A stretch of 56,073 nt of DNA from an uncultured Nitrososphaerota archaeon. Lineage in GTDB: Archaea; Thermoproteota; EX4484-205; DTQO01. The stretch covers positions 1 to 56,073 of the forward strand of contig CAZWAU010000057.1 of NCBI GenBank assembly GCA_964631995.1, given 5' to 3'. Position 1 is the first letter of the stretch, and each line of letters opens with the position of its first letter. The notes beneath the pieces were generated by a model. It did not search any database. It worked only from the letters and a program-made list of their open reading frames with translations, and had not been told where the DNA came from. The translations under genes and the position numbers were made by a program. This document shows, piece by piece, positions 9,388 through 19,900 of this stretch.

Positions 9388-10830
9388 ATGAGCAAGATTC
9401 TGTTGGGTAGGAAGGATTACCTAGACAAGATGCGTGGGTGCTGGCTTGGGAAGAACATCGGGGGCACTCTTGGCACACCATACGAAGGCAAGAAGTATAC
9501 GCACTGCCTCGATTACTACAGTCCGATTCCAACTGAACCTTTGCCAAATGACGACCTCGACTTCCAACTGGTCTGGTTGAAGATGCTTGAGGACAGAGGT
9601 GAGAACTTAACCTTCAACGACTTCTCCGAATATTGGATGAAGCACCTCTCAAGACACTGGTACTGCGAATATAGCTTCTGCACCTACAACCTTCAGAGGG
9701 GCCTGAAGCCTCCCATCTCTGGAGCCTTTCAGAACTACTGGGTGGATGAGATGGGATCGCCCATAAGAAGTGAGATCTGGGCATGCGTAGCACCAGGTGA
9801 TCCGCAACTTGCGGCATCGATGGCATGGATGGATTCTTCGATGGACCATGCTGGAGGCGAAGGAAGGTGGGGGGAGATGTTCTGGGCAGCTGTCGAGAGT
9901 GCAGCGTTCATCATCGATGATCCGAAAACTCTCATCGACATAGGACTTTCCATGATTCCAATTTCGTCACATATCGCCAGAGCGGTGAGGGAAGCATTGC
10001 GCTGCCACGAAGATGGGATTGAGTGGGGCGAGGCGAGGGAGAGAATAGCTACTACCTTTGGACACCACAATCCATGCAATGCCGTACCAAACCATGGCTT
10101 CATTATAATGGGTTGGCTCTACGGGAAGGACTATGGTGACAAGCTGTGCAAGGCTGTCAATTGCGGATTTGATACAGATTGCACAGGTGCAACTTTGGGC
10201 TCTCTACTTGGAATCATTTATGGTGCATCGAAAATTCCAGACGAGTGGAAGGGACCGGTAGGAGATGCGATAACGCCCGTCAGCTTCACAAACACGGAAG
10301 GTTTGCCGAAAACGATTGGCGAACTTGTCACACGAACCCAGAATGTTGCAGAGAAATTCGTTTCCAAGAAGTCGAGGACCATTGAATTTGCCGAAATGAC
10401 TTCGGTACCAAGGGAAGCGCTATCACTTCTTTACGATAACCAGGCGGTAAGGGATCTGCTTGGCTTCGATGTGCACTGTTCGGTCGAGAACTTGGACGAC
10501 TTGCAGGTGGTGTTCCACTATGGAGGGGATCCTGTTTTACGTCCTGGCATAAGGAGGACCTTCGAAATATCGCTTAGGAGATCCTGGATGCTTTTGGATG
10601 CAAGCGCTGCCAATATCAGCTTGAAAGTACCAAAAGGATGGGAGGCGTCATCTCCCCTAATCGAGGACAACCGCTTCAAGTTCAGTGTCCTAGCTAATGC
10701 TTTAGAGAGCAGAAATATCCTTGAATTGGACGTGAAATTTGGGCAGAGGAGCGGGAAGCTGAGATTTACAATCCTGGGCCCTTCTGCCATGAAGCCAATT
10801 CCAGCATCAACCCACGCGCCGAAGGATTGA
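9388..10830 (+). CDS. ADP-ribosylglycohydrolase family protein with ~150 aa C-terminal extension
   Basis: GCWLGKNIGGTLGTPYEG and FDTDCTGATLGSLLGIIYG match the ARH/DraG metal-binding motifs. Confidence 0.85.
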   Translation: MSKILLGRKDYLDKMRGCWLGKNIGGTLGTPYEGKKYTHCLDYYSPIPTEPLPNDDLDFQLVWLKMLEDRGENLTFNDFSEYWMKHLSRHWYCEYSFCTYNLQRGLKPPISGAFQNYWVDEMGSPIRSEIWACVAPGDPQLAASMAWMDSSMDHAGGEGRWGEMFWAAVESAAFIIDDPKTLIDIGLSMIPISSHIARAVREALRCHEDGIEWGEARERIATTFGHHNPCNAVPNHGFIIMGWLYGKDYGDKLCKAVNCGFDTDCTGATLGSLLGIIYGASKIPDEWKGPVGDAITPVSFTNTEGLPKTIGELVTRTQNVAEKFVSKKSRTIEFAEMTSVPREALSLLYDNQAVRDLLGFDVHCSVENLDDLQVVFHYGGDPVLRPGIRRTFEISLRRSWMLLDASAANISLKVPKGWEASSPLIEDNRFKFSVLANALESRNILELDVKFGQRSGKLRFTILGPSAMKPIPASTHAPKD

Positions 10831-11048
10831 GAGCGACTCTTATCAAATTTGAGCAGGCTCTATTTGCTGCTTACTTAGGTCATGTTGCCATTACATTTTT
10901 CAAGAATTAGGGCCAAGATTTTATACACCAGGAGATTTTCAAACGAGGATTTGATAGGGATAGTAAAGATGGGCGATTGAATAGATAGTGAATGGCATGC
11001 GGTATGTTATTGGGCAGGGCATGACCAATATATGGTACAGGTGAAAAA

Positions 11049-11387
11049 ATGTCCGAAAAGGAAACTGGTACAATATTGGTGCTTGTGGTGGTAGCTTTCT
11101 TGGTGCTGTTACCAATTCTTTCTATGAGGTTTTGGAGTTGGAAAATCCCTTGGCGTGGCATGATGGGCATTGCTGGTTACGGCTTGGGCTTTATGTTCAT
11201 AGTTCCACTCTTACTATTTATTTTGATAGTGATCGGTTCTTACCTGTATTTTGGATCCACCAAGGAGTCAAGGGTTCCATTTCCCCCTAAGGAAGGCAGA
11301 GCGATCGAAATTCTGAATGAAAGGTATGCGAAGGGAGAGATCACTAGGGAGGAGTACACGAGGATGAAGGAGGAGTTGCGGAAATGA
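11049..11387 (+). CDS. SHOCT-domain membrane protein
   Basis: It has TM segments followed by the C-terminal ILNERYAKGEITREEYTRMKEEL (SHOCT signature). Confidence 0.7.
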   Translation: MSEKETGTILVLVVVAFLVLLPILSMRFWSWKIPWRGMMGIAGYGLGFMFIVPLLLFILIVIGSYLYFGSTKESRVPFPPKEGRAIEILNERYAKGEITREEYTRMKEELRK

Positions 11388-12010
11388 GCAAGGATGCCAG
11401 GCGAACTGCTGGAGCCCTTTTAATAACTGCCGGAATAGTTGGGCTGATTCTGCTTCCCTACCTGATGTTCGTCGCTTGGAATAGAGGAGTTGCTACGATG
11501 GACGAGGCGGTTAAAATTGCGGAGGATTTCTTGAAGTCGCTGAATAATGAGGATCTGGCAATAGATGAGATCATGGAGTATAGGTACAACTTCTATGTTG
11601 CCTACTATGAAAAGAGCACAGGTATGGGGGCTTTCGAAATGCTGATAGACAAAGCCAGCAATGGCGGAATGATGGGGATGTGGGCGGGCAGCATAAGACC
11701 GGAGCCAGGACCTAACATGATGTGGAATACAAAGTACAGCGCGATGGGAAGCGGAATGATGGTTTGGTCATCTGAAGATAACCAAATCACGGAGGAAAAG
11801 GCGAAGCAGTATGCCCAGAGATATCTTGACAACTACATAACTGGGGCTAAGGCGGAGGATGTGCATAGATTCTACGGATACTATACGATACACGTTGACA
11901 AAGGTGGTAGGAACTATGGTATGCTTAGCGTTAACGCATACACCGGGGATGTCTGGTTCCACGACTGGCATGGAGCATACATCCAGACCAGAGAGATGAA
12001 GGTTGATTGA
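11384..12010 (+). CDS. membrane-anchored hypothetical protein, possibly PepSY-like
   Basis: It has an N-terminal TM and its start overlaps the SHOCT gene stop by 4 nt. The two-lobed pattern (AVKIAEDFL.., AKQYAQRYL.. YTGDVW) resembles PepSY repeats, but this assignment is weak. Confidence 0.4.
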   Translation: MSKDARRTAGALLITAGIVGLILLPYLMFVAWNRGVATMDEAVKIAEDFLKSLNNEDLAIDEIMEYRYNFYVAYYEKSTGMGAFEMLIDKASNGGMMGMWAGSIRPEPGPNMMWNTKYSAMGSGMMVWSSEDNQITEEKAKQYAQRYLDNYITGAKAEDVHRFYGYYTIHVDKGGRNYGMLSVNAYTGDVWFHDWHGAYIQTREMKVD

Positions 12011-12054
12011 TCCAGAAAGTACATATAGCTCCAAACAACCATTCTTAAAAAATC

Positions 12055-15000
12055 TTACTTTTTTCTTGCGAATTTCAAGTAAACTAGGAAGATCATGGCT
12101 GAAGCTGCCAACATTGGTATTGCCCCAATGACCCAAGAGCTGATAGGCGAAGATTGGACGTTAACTCTGAGTAGAAGCTGAGGCGATTCAGCACAGCCCG
12201 AGATGGACCTAATACCGATAACATATTCACCGATATCTGTGTTGCTCGGGGACTTGAGCTGAAGCATAATGCTCCCAAATGATCCTGGAGCTAGCTCGTC
12301 TATGTAATTTGGCATGAGTGTAACCTGCCATCCTGAAGGCGCAGATACATCGAGGGTCACGTTTGAGAGCCTAGTCGGACCCACGTTATTCATGGTGGCT
12401 GTTAGCATGGTAATTTCTCCTGGTCTGACTTTCACGTACAGGGTACTGAACTCAAGAGCAAGCTCGTAAAAGCCGGTAATATTGGCTGTGAAAGTCAAAT
12501 TCTGGCATATCCCCTCCTTCGGTTCTACCTCGATTGTAAAGTTGTATGTTCCTACTCCTGCATTTCTTGGTGGAATGGCCTCCAAGTAAAAAAGGGCACT
12601 CTCCCCTGCCTCCAAGAAAGCGGTACGTAAGAATGTTGGGTCTCCAGGAGTTTTTCTGAAAGATAAGTTCCAACCTTCTGGAATGGAAATGAAGGAAAGA
12701 TTGAAAGTCAAATCGTTCGTAGCAATGTTGGTTATTGCCATAGGGAAGTACAAAGTCCTGCCCGTTTTCGCGCTCACCTCTGAATAGAGGGTCGAGATTG
12801 CGAGAGTACGGCATGCCGAGGATGTTCTGGCTGAAGAAAGACGGATGATTATGGGATAGTCTTTAACGAGCAAGTTTCGTATGGTAGTTTTCCCATCTTC
12901 AAAGTTCTTAATGAGATCCTGCTCGAAGCCATGCAGCACGTCGATGCAAGTTGCAACCTCGTTAAATGTGCCATCTATGATCAGCGTGGAATGCACTCCA
13001 TAATCATCTTCGACAGCTAATCCATCTGTCCAAAGTGCGATCAACCTATCGCCATTCGGTAGGATGAAACTGTAGCTCATTATGTTTGTTGCATCGCTCT
13101 CGATATCTGCGGAAAAGTTTCCTATTCTGGCTCCAGCCATTATGGTGCACAATGCACGTATCACTCTTGCGGAAAATCCACTCTGGTCTGATTGGCAAGC
13201 AGCACTAACGGTGACATTCAGGCCCAAATGGGTGATGATGGCCCTTGCGAGATATTTTGCTGCCACCCTTTCGGTTACTGTGGACATTGTGCCATCGCCG
13301 TGAAAAGAATTAGATGGCCACTCGATCTCTTCGGCTAAGTACTCTCCTTTAAAGCCATGCGAGGCTGCCATCCCCATTATCTCCTGCACCATCTGGGGGT
13401 AACTCTTGTAATATTGATCATCTGGTCTGTTGCCATGGAAAGGATGCCAAGAGATCGCATCCACAAGTGGCGCCACTCCAGATCTCAGGAGGGTTTTCAG
13501 GTAATCGATGTGAAGCGTATAGCGCGAAAATTTTTCGTAACCGGATGCCCATTGCCCTCCAGTCGCGCCTACTACGATCTTTGCATCAGGATCTTCCATT
13601 CGAATGATGGGTACAACTAGCTTGATTAGGTTGGCATAATTATCAACCGAAATTCCTCCCCATGGCGTATCTGTGTCAGGTTCGTTCCACAACTCGTAAT
13701 ACTTTACGCGGCCTTTGAAATGGCTAACCACGAAACGCACATAGTTTGCATATCTCTCGATCTCCTCCTTGGAAGAGAACCTAGTATAGTCAGGTCGGTC
13801 CTCTCCTGTTCCAACGCCAAGATTTAGCATAATGGAAACGCCATTATCGGCTAAGCTTGAGATGAAAGTTTCCACTTCTGGATCGATGGCGTAATTGCCT
13901 TTTTCCTTTTCTACATTCTGCCAATTTAATGGATTGCCCAAGCCATCATAGGCAAATCGAACCCACTTCAGACCGATCCGGAGAAGTGTTTCCTTGCCGA
14001 TGCTAACACCATAACTTAAATCCACTCCAATTCTGTTATCATCGATGTCATAAGACCATTTTGTCAATATCGACCTCCTGTGAAGGTCATTTCCATCCTG
14101 AAGGCAGAGAGAAATACCTTGACCACCTGTGGGCGATGAGAACTTGCTTGTGTCACCATCTTCGTCTGTTACAGTGGCTGTAAGGCGAGGACCTGAAAAA
14201 GAGGCGCCTTTATCGAGCAAGAAGAAACCTGTATCATCGGACTTCGTCCGACCTTCGTAGATGGCTCCCTCATCATTACTATCAGAAAATATCTCCACAA
14301 AGCAATTTGGACTAGCTACTCCCAAAGCCGTCCCAGCTCTTAGGTCGAAATCGATGATCATTGGAGGGGTTATTTCCTCATTACCGAAGTCGCACAGCCA
14401 GATACCTGTTCCGCTATTGTTGTAGATGCTGTTGCGGATGAACGTGTTATGTAGCGAATAAGAGCGCACACTTATGCCATTACCGTTGTTGTCGTGGATT
14501 CTGTTTTGAACGATTGTGTTGCGCATCGAATTTGAGCAAATGCCTATACCGTGTCCTCCGTTGAATGCAATTATGTTGTTAGGGCCGATGACATTGCAGC
14601 TTGCACGATCGATGACGATGCCCGAGTTGCGGTTGCCCAGCCTCAAGATGCCATTCAAATCTGTTCCAATGCGGTTTCCAACAAATGTGTTGTAACTTTC
14701 ATTGTTATTGCCAATGTATACTCCATTAAGATTCCCACAGATCAGATTATCGATGACCTTGTTGTGATGTGGCCCATTTATGTGGATGCCATCTCTGAGT
14801 TTGCCCCATGATACTGTTCCACTTAGGTCTGTGCCGATGTAGTTGCCCTGTATCGTATTGAAGGAAGTTTCCAAGTCCCAAAGACCAATGCCAAAGTTTC
14901 CTTCTCCGCTGATTAGATTTCCCTGGCCCAGTGGACCAGCGCCAATGTTTCGATCCCCTCCGATTATGTTGTTCCGTGCTCCCCCATAGAGAGCTATGCA

Positions 15001-15945
15001 GGAACCCGGAAAGTTGATGATCTGCAAACCTCTAATTATGTTTTCACTCGATCTTATCGAGAGTCCATTGACCCACTGCTCCGAGTGCGAGAACCCAAGC
15101 TCGAGAGCAATACCGATGACGCCAGAAGGGATTGTCTGGCTTGTAGTGGCCTTCGTCCAGTCTTCCATTCTGTCGAACCACTTTGAATGAATATTTTCCA
15201 TATGCCCGTCGGAGAAGAGAGCATTCAGCCAGACTGAAAAACCCCCGTACCTGTACCAAAGGCTAAGTTCAACCGTTTCGCCACTGACCAAAGGTATCCA
15301 GACTGTGCTTTCCCGGTAGTAAGGCCAATAGTAAGCCCTGTTTGGAAACGGGTAGCTAGTGCTGTTTGTATCATATACCAAATGGCTCTCGCCCACCTGT
15401 GCCACAGTTGTCCACTCGTAGCTCTGAGGTGAGGAATGGTAATCGCTGTACCTCAAATGCCTAGTTGCGCCTGGGGCATCATCCCAAGGTCGCCAGTGAA
15501 CTGAGCCTGAGGAAAAGTCACCGTTTGAAATGAGGTTCGGACCGCCATCTACCTTCAAGCTAATGTCATCCAAAAGCAAAGTTTCAGGTCTTCTTCCAAT
15601 CCCACTTCCATCCAAGATAACGCCAGCGTTACTGCCATCGATCGTCAACCTGCCCTGTGAGATCTCTGGAAGGCCGCTGGTGACAGCGATTGTTGTGGGC
15701 CTACTTGGAGGGAAAACCTCCGGATCGAATATGATTGTGTCTCCTCGCCTTGCGTCATGAAGCGCTTGGCGCAAAGTACCCGAGCCTGAGTCGGCGGCGC
15801 TTGTCACCACTAGAATTGTGGCAGGGCTTTGCTGCGCGATCAAGGGCACATTATCTAGTAGTAAATCACAAGATACGAAACGAGTGGTTAAAGAGAAAAG
15901 AAGAACAGATATTGTGACCAAGCCAAACATCTGACGGGCCAACAT
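12055..15945 (-). CDS. large cell-surface protein: parallel beta-helix repeats + clan GH-A glycoside hydrolase-like domain + two NEW3/COG1470-like domains + C-terminal TM anchor
   Basis: The start at ATG 15945 has GGGAGG 9 nt upstream and a signal-like MLARQMFGLVTISVLLFSL. PbH1-type repeats (NIIGGD..GNLISG..GNYIG..) are present. YYELWNEPDT is a GH-A acid/base motif. The C-terminus is VIGAIPMLAASAMIFLVYLKFARKK. Confidence 0.8.
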   Translation of the reverse strand: MLARQMFGLVTISVLLFSLTTRFVSCDLLLDNVPLIAQQSPATILVVTSAADSGSGTLRQALHDARRGDTIIFDPEVFPPSRPTTIAVTSGLPEISQGRLTIDGSNAGVILDGSGIGRRPETLLLDDISLKVDGGPNLISNGDFSSGSVHWRPWDDAPGATRHLRYSDYHSSPQSYEWTTVAQVGESHLVYDTNSTSYPFPNRAYYWPYYRESTVWIPLVSGETVELSLWYRYGGFSVWLNALFSDGHMENIHSKWFDRMEDWTKATTSQTIPSGVIGIALELGFSHSEQWVNGLSIRSSENIIRGLQIINFPGSCIALYGGARNNIIGGDRNIGAGPLGQGNLISGEGNFGIGLWDLETSFNTIQGNYIGTDLSGTVSWGKLRDGIHINGPHHNKVIDNLICGNLNGVYIGNNNESYNTFVGNRIGTDLNGILRLGNRNSGIVIDRASCNVIGPNNIIAFNGGHGIGICSNSMRNTIVQNRIHDNNGNGISVRSYSLHNTFIRNSIYNNSGTGIWLCDFGNEEITPPMIIDFDLRAGTALGVASPNCFVEIFSDSNDEGAIYEGRTKSDDTGFFLLDKGASFSGPRLTATVTDEDGDTSKFSSPTGGQGISLCLQDGNDLHRRSILTKWSYDIDDNRIGVDLSYGVSIGKETLLRIGLKWVRFAYDGLGNPLNWQNVEKEKGNYAIDPEVETFISSLADNGVSIMLNLGVGTGEDRPDYTRFSSKEEIERYANYVRFVVSHFKGRVKYYELWNEPDTDTPWGGISVDNYANLIKLVVPIIRMEDPDAKIVVGATGGQWASGYEKFSRYTLHIDYLKTLLRSGVAPLVDAISWHPFHGNRPDDQYYKSYPQMVQEIMGMAASHGFKGEYLAEEIEWPSNSFHGDGTMSTVTERVAAKYLARAIITHLGLNVTVSAACQSDQSGFSARVIRALCTIMAGARIGNFSADIESDATNIMSYSFILPNGDRLIALWTDGLAVEDDYGVHSTLIIDGTFNEVATCIDVLHGFEQDLIKNFEDGKTTIRNLLVKDYPIIIRLSSARTSSACRTLAISTLYSEVSAKTGRTLYFPMAITNIATNDLTFNLSFISIPEGWNLSFRKTPGDPTFLRTAFLEAGESALFYLEAIPPRNAGVGTYNFTIEVEPKEGICQNLTFTANITGFYELALEFSTLYVKVRPGEITMLTATMNNVGPTRLSNVTLDVSAPSGWQVTLMPNYIDELAPGSFGSIMLQLKSPSNTDIGEYVIGIRSISGCAESPQLLLRVNVQSSPISSWVIGAIPMLAASAMIFLVYLKFARKK

Positions 15946-16030
15946 TTCCTTTCGCCTCCCTTTGTGCAAATGAATGCTAGTATCCATCCTAACCTTTTGT
16001 GGTTGAGATCTTCTCCACATCCTCATGTCC

Positions 16031-16975
16031 CTATGTCTTTTCCTCGACCTCCACTCCTCGCACACTCAAGATCAGGCAAGAGACTGTCAAAGTTGCCACC
16101 AACATACAAACAATAGCAGAGAAGCATGGCCATACGTTCTTCAACGTCACAAAGATGTCCAATGGAAGTGGTTGTGCTGTCATAGATGTGAATGGTGGAG
16201 CGTCGATCATTGGATTGAGTAGAGCACTTGCTCCTTCGACGAAAACCGCTGATGGGGAAAGCCAGTTAATGTATCCCGCGATACTTCCCCTAAGGTCTAA
16301 GATGGCCCCAAACCATGGGTCTCCTACGATTCGATACGATGGAAGAGGTGCAAGCAGGTTTGATAGGGCAACGGACGTTGCATACCATGCTGAAAAAGAA
16401 ACAAGAAGAAAGATCGAGAAGAATAGCGAACTCGAAAGGCTGTTCGCTACCGAAGAAATCAGGATGCTGATAGATATCCAAAATGAGACATATATTAGAA
16501 GCATTCCTGTGAAAGCCGTTATCCTCGCCAGCTCCTCGATGCTGAATGAACCTATCAGAGCGATCGTCAGACCTCCTGCGATTAGGACAGCCGATAAAGA
16601 TACGATGGATACTGCAGCTAGGCCGCCCAAAAATTTACCGATCACGATCGATACCTTCGATATCGACCTTACCAGAAACAACTGCATCGTTCCAGTTTTT
16701 CTTTCACGAACGATTGTGTCAAAACTAATGGCGATCGAAAGGAAGGGAAGCATGGCATTAGACACAATCCAGACACTTGAGGAAAAGGCTGAGAGGGACG
16801 TAGGTTCGATGCCCTCTCCCTTGCCATACAGCTCTATCTGCTTGCGATGGGTTAGGAAAGACTCGTATGCGCCTGTTAGGGAAAGTAAAATTGTGAGTAA
16901 AAATCCTAGTAAAAAGCGGCGACTTCTCAAAATGGATCGGATTTCCTTTCCAGCTATAGTTAGCATCTCACCCAA
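16031..16975 (-). CDS. ABC-2 type transporter permease
   Basis: It is polytopic, with the motif FDTIVRERKTGTMQLFLVRSISK typical of ABC-2 permeases. Its start overlaps the upstream stop by 8 nt. Confidence 0.8.
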   Translation of the reverse strand: MGEMLTIAGKEIRSILRSRRFLLGFLLTILLSLTGAYESFLTHRKQIELYGKGEGIEPTSLSAFSSSVWIVSNAMLPFLSIAISFDTIVRERKTGTMQLFLVRSISKVSIVIGKFLGGLAAVSIVSLSAVLIAGGLTIALIGSFSIEELARITAFTGMLLIYVSFWISISILISSVANSLSSSLFFSIFLLVSFSAWYATSVALSNLLAPLPSYRIVGDPWFGAILDLRGSIAGYINWLSPSAVFVEGASALLNPMIDAPPFTSMTAQPLPLDIFVTLKNVWPCFSAIVCMLVATLTVSCLILSVRGVEVEEKT

Positions 16976-19900
16976 TTTCTTGCCTCTCCGTTTCTATGAC
17001 AGCCTCAACCATTCCCTTCTTTAGTGACAATATTTTATTACAAAATTTTAATTCTTGAGCGTTTCTCCCGGTACATATGATCGTAAGGCCTTCCCATCGA
17101 CTTAGGTTCTTCAATAGAACCTCAACCCCCTTTGCCTCCTGATCTTTCAAACCAGCTAGCGGCTCCTCGAGAAGTAGGAGCGACGGCCTTTTGATGAGCG
17201 CTTGAACGATCATGAGCTTTCTTTTAATCTCCTGATTAAGATTTGATGCTTTTTTGTCTGCATGCTGCGTTAAGTTGTACTTCTCTAGTAAATCATTGAT
17301 GGTGTTCTCATCTACATTTCCATCCAGCTTGCCCAAAAAGAGGAGGTTCCACCTAGGGGAGAACTGCCCATAGAGTTCTGTGCGATTAAGAAGAAGCCCG
17401 ATGGAATCTTTGATCTCACTTCTCCTACTATAGGTGTCGATGCCATCCAGAGTTACAGAGCCACTGGTTGGCTTGAAAAGTCCTGCAATAGCTAAAATTA
17501 GGGCTCTTCTGCCTTCTCCAACCAAGCCGATTATTTCGCCTCTCATTGCGCTCATACTGATTCCCCTTAGGACTGGCTTTCCTCCCGCGAAGAGACTTAT
17601 GTTCTCGACCCGTAAAAGCTCTCTCGTTCGGCCCCATCTTACAGATGAAGGGACGGCTGCCCACTGGAGCATGAGACGGCGAACAGCTGAGGCTGTTTTT
17701 TTAACAACTTCCATCGGCTCGTAGTTGTAGAGCATGGCTATCTTGATGACGAGATCCATCGAGTATGTAGAAGAGCCCCTGCTTCTCGTCAGAGCCAATT
17801 CATTCTCGGTCCTAAATGCCCTCGATCCTTCCTGTGCAAAGCTGTGTGAGAAAAGCAGTTTCTTCACCTCCTTCTCCTGGTCAGATTCCTCAACTATCTC
17901 CTTGAACTCCATCTTCTCAGGTATCGTGTGCATCATTTGCATCTCCTCGAATTTTTCTTGTACAAACCTGAAGAAGCGCCTTAGCTCTATTTGCGAAACC
18001 AGTTGGGGAACGTGGAGAAGCCACATATCCTTCGCAGCTGGAATGTAATCGAGCTTCCACTTCAGGGGAAGCTTCGGGGTCGCTATTGTCGACGCTTTCA
18101 TAGCTGGCAGAACGGATGCTGAAATGGCTATCGTAACAGCCATTACTATGATAGCAATGCTCCATGTCCAAGATACCTTCTCGGTAAGGAAACCTTGACC
18201 CCCAACGCTAAGCAGAAACCTCGGCACGCCAACACCGAACAGATATCCGATTATGCCTCCTATGAAAGCCACTAGCCCTGACTCGGCAAGAAACACATAA
18301 CTTATCTGCGAAGGATTGAGGCCTACTAAAGAAAGCGTTGCAATTTCCCTCTTCCTTTCGTAGACCGCATTAAGCGTGCACGCCAAAACGTTTAGCCCCA
18401 CAAGAGCCAGCACCATAGGCAAGGTGGTGCCACCCAGAAGAAACAGATCTTTCCTGTAATGGAAAAGTTTGACTCCTTCGCCTGCTGATGCATAGACAAA
18501 GTAACGCCACTTGCGGGCTAGCTCAGTAGCAAGAGGCGTTATGTCATTAGCACTAATTGTCTTGACATCTATTCTTGTCAGTTCACCGAGCTTAAGCTTG
18601 ATGAGTTCCTGCCAGTTGAATACGACCACGTTTTCTGGACTGAGGTAGACCTTTTCCCTCTCCATGAAAATATAGGGCCTTATCGGTTGGCCGTCAAAAT
18701 CAACGATCCCCTCGAGCATCTGGTCATCCAAAATGCCCGCGACCATGTACTCGGTCACGATGGTTCCAGTCCCTGATGCCCAAGCAAACTTCACTTTTCC
18801 ACCAGGAGCGATGCCTAGCTGGTTCGCAGCACGTTTTGATATTAGAATTGCATGCTCATCCTCGGTAAAGTAGTGCCCCTCGATGACAGCAGCATCGAGA
18901 TTGTTGATATTCGCTTCATCGCCAGAGACTCCGATCGCACCCCTGATCGGAACTTTTCGGCCATCCTCGCCAATCAGCTGGGCCTCTAAGTAGTAGGGGC
19001 TTGTTTCTGTCTTTGGTGCGACTGAGACCACCAAGGGATTCGCCCTCAGGGCCTCAACGAGAGACATCGAAAGCGGATTGGGAGTTGTTCGGCCTGGCGG
19101 AGGAACTACCATAAGACCCGTTGGCGGGTTTGATTTAGGATAAGGCGAAGCTGGGCGTCCAAAAGCCACGTCCGCCTGTATTCGAAATGAAGTGAAAATC
19201 ATGAATCCAAAGACAAATGTCAAGATCGATGCTAGCATCAGCGACGATCTCATCTTCCTCCTCTTCAAATTTCGCGTTGCAAGCGAGAACGTGGACATCA
19301 AGCTTGATGCTAAGGCAATGCCTGATTGTGTAACGACATCCTTTCCAACGCGTGGTAACAAAAGAACTAAACCGATGGCTAGTGCTGCAGCTGCTGCGTT
19401 CGACATTGCAAGAAAAATTGGATCGGTTAATCTTAAGCCTGGCGACACGTAGTAGTAGAATGCGAGGAAGGACAGGCTGATCAGCAGTCCTGCCCCTATT
19501 CTTGATCCTTCCTTCTCGACGAAGATACTCGCTAAGCCGAAGCCAGAGAGCATGAGGAGGAATGAGAGGGGGATTGGGGAGAAAGTTGCATCAGACAAGA
19601 TGCTTTCCAACCTGTTTCGAACATCCATATCCATAATGTAAGCAGCCCTCAGATTGATGAAACAATTTGAGTAGAAACGCTTACGTAGCGCCAGTCTTGC
19701 CAAATCTAGATAGCTGAATGCCGTTTCTAAATCTCCTATTTCGGGCGTGACGACGATTCCATTGAGGCCCATTTCCTTGGCCTTTAACCATGTTGAGGTC
19801 AATCCATTTCTGACAAAGTCAACATTCCTGTTCATTACCGCCCAGCTTAAATCGACCGTTGTGACGCTTCCTTTGGGAAATTTGAAGAAGTTTCCATCAT

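Noticed and set aside
9317-9547. The N-terminal 77 aa extension of the URO-D-like ORF (Cys/Ser-rich).
   Set aside because: It overlaps the divergent ARH gene start (9388) and has no URO-D similarity. The internal ATG at 9316 gives a sensible divergent promoter spacer.
15946-16065. Upstream extension of the surface-protein ORF (MCEEWRSRKRHRDMRMWRR..).
   Set aside because: It overlaps the end of the ABC-2 permease gene. ATG 15945 has a GGGAGG Shine-Dalgarno-like site and starts a signal peptide.
15999-17024. A 341 aa + strand ORF, the longest of several long antisense ORFs. Others are 50349..51077 (242 aa), 49146..49709, 29037..29597, 8091..8642, 51808..52350 and 6981..7517.
   Set aside because: Each lies entirely opposite a gene with clear family motifs (ABC-2 permease, RadA paralogue, PolB, MttB, URO-D, RadA, transposase). 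The translations are low-complexity S/P/R-rich with no recognisable motif. I treat them as shadow ORFs.
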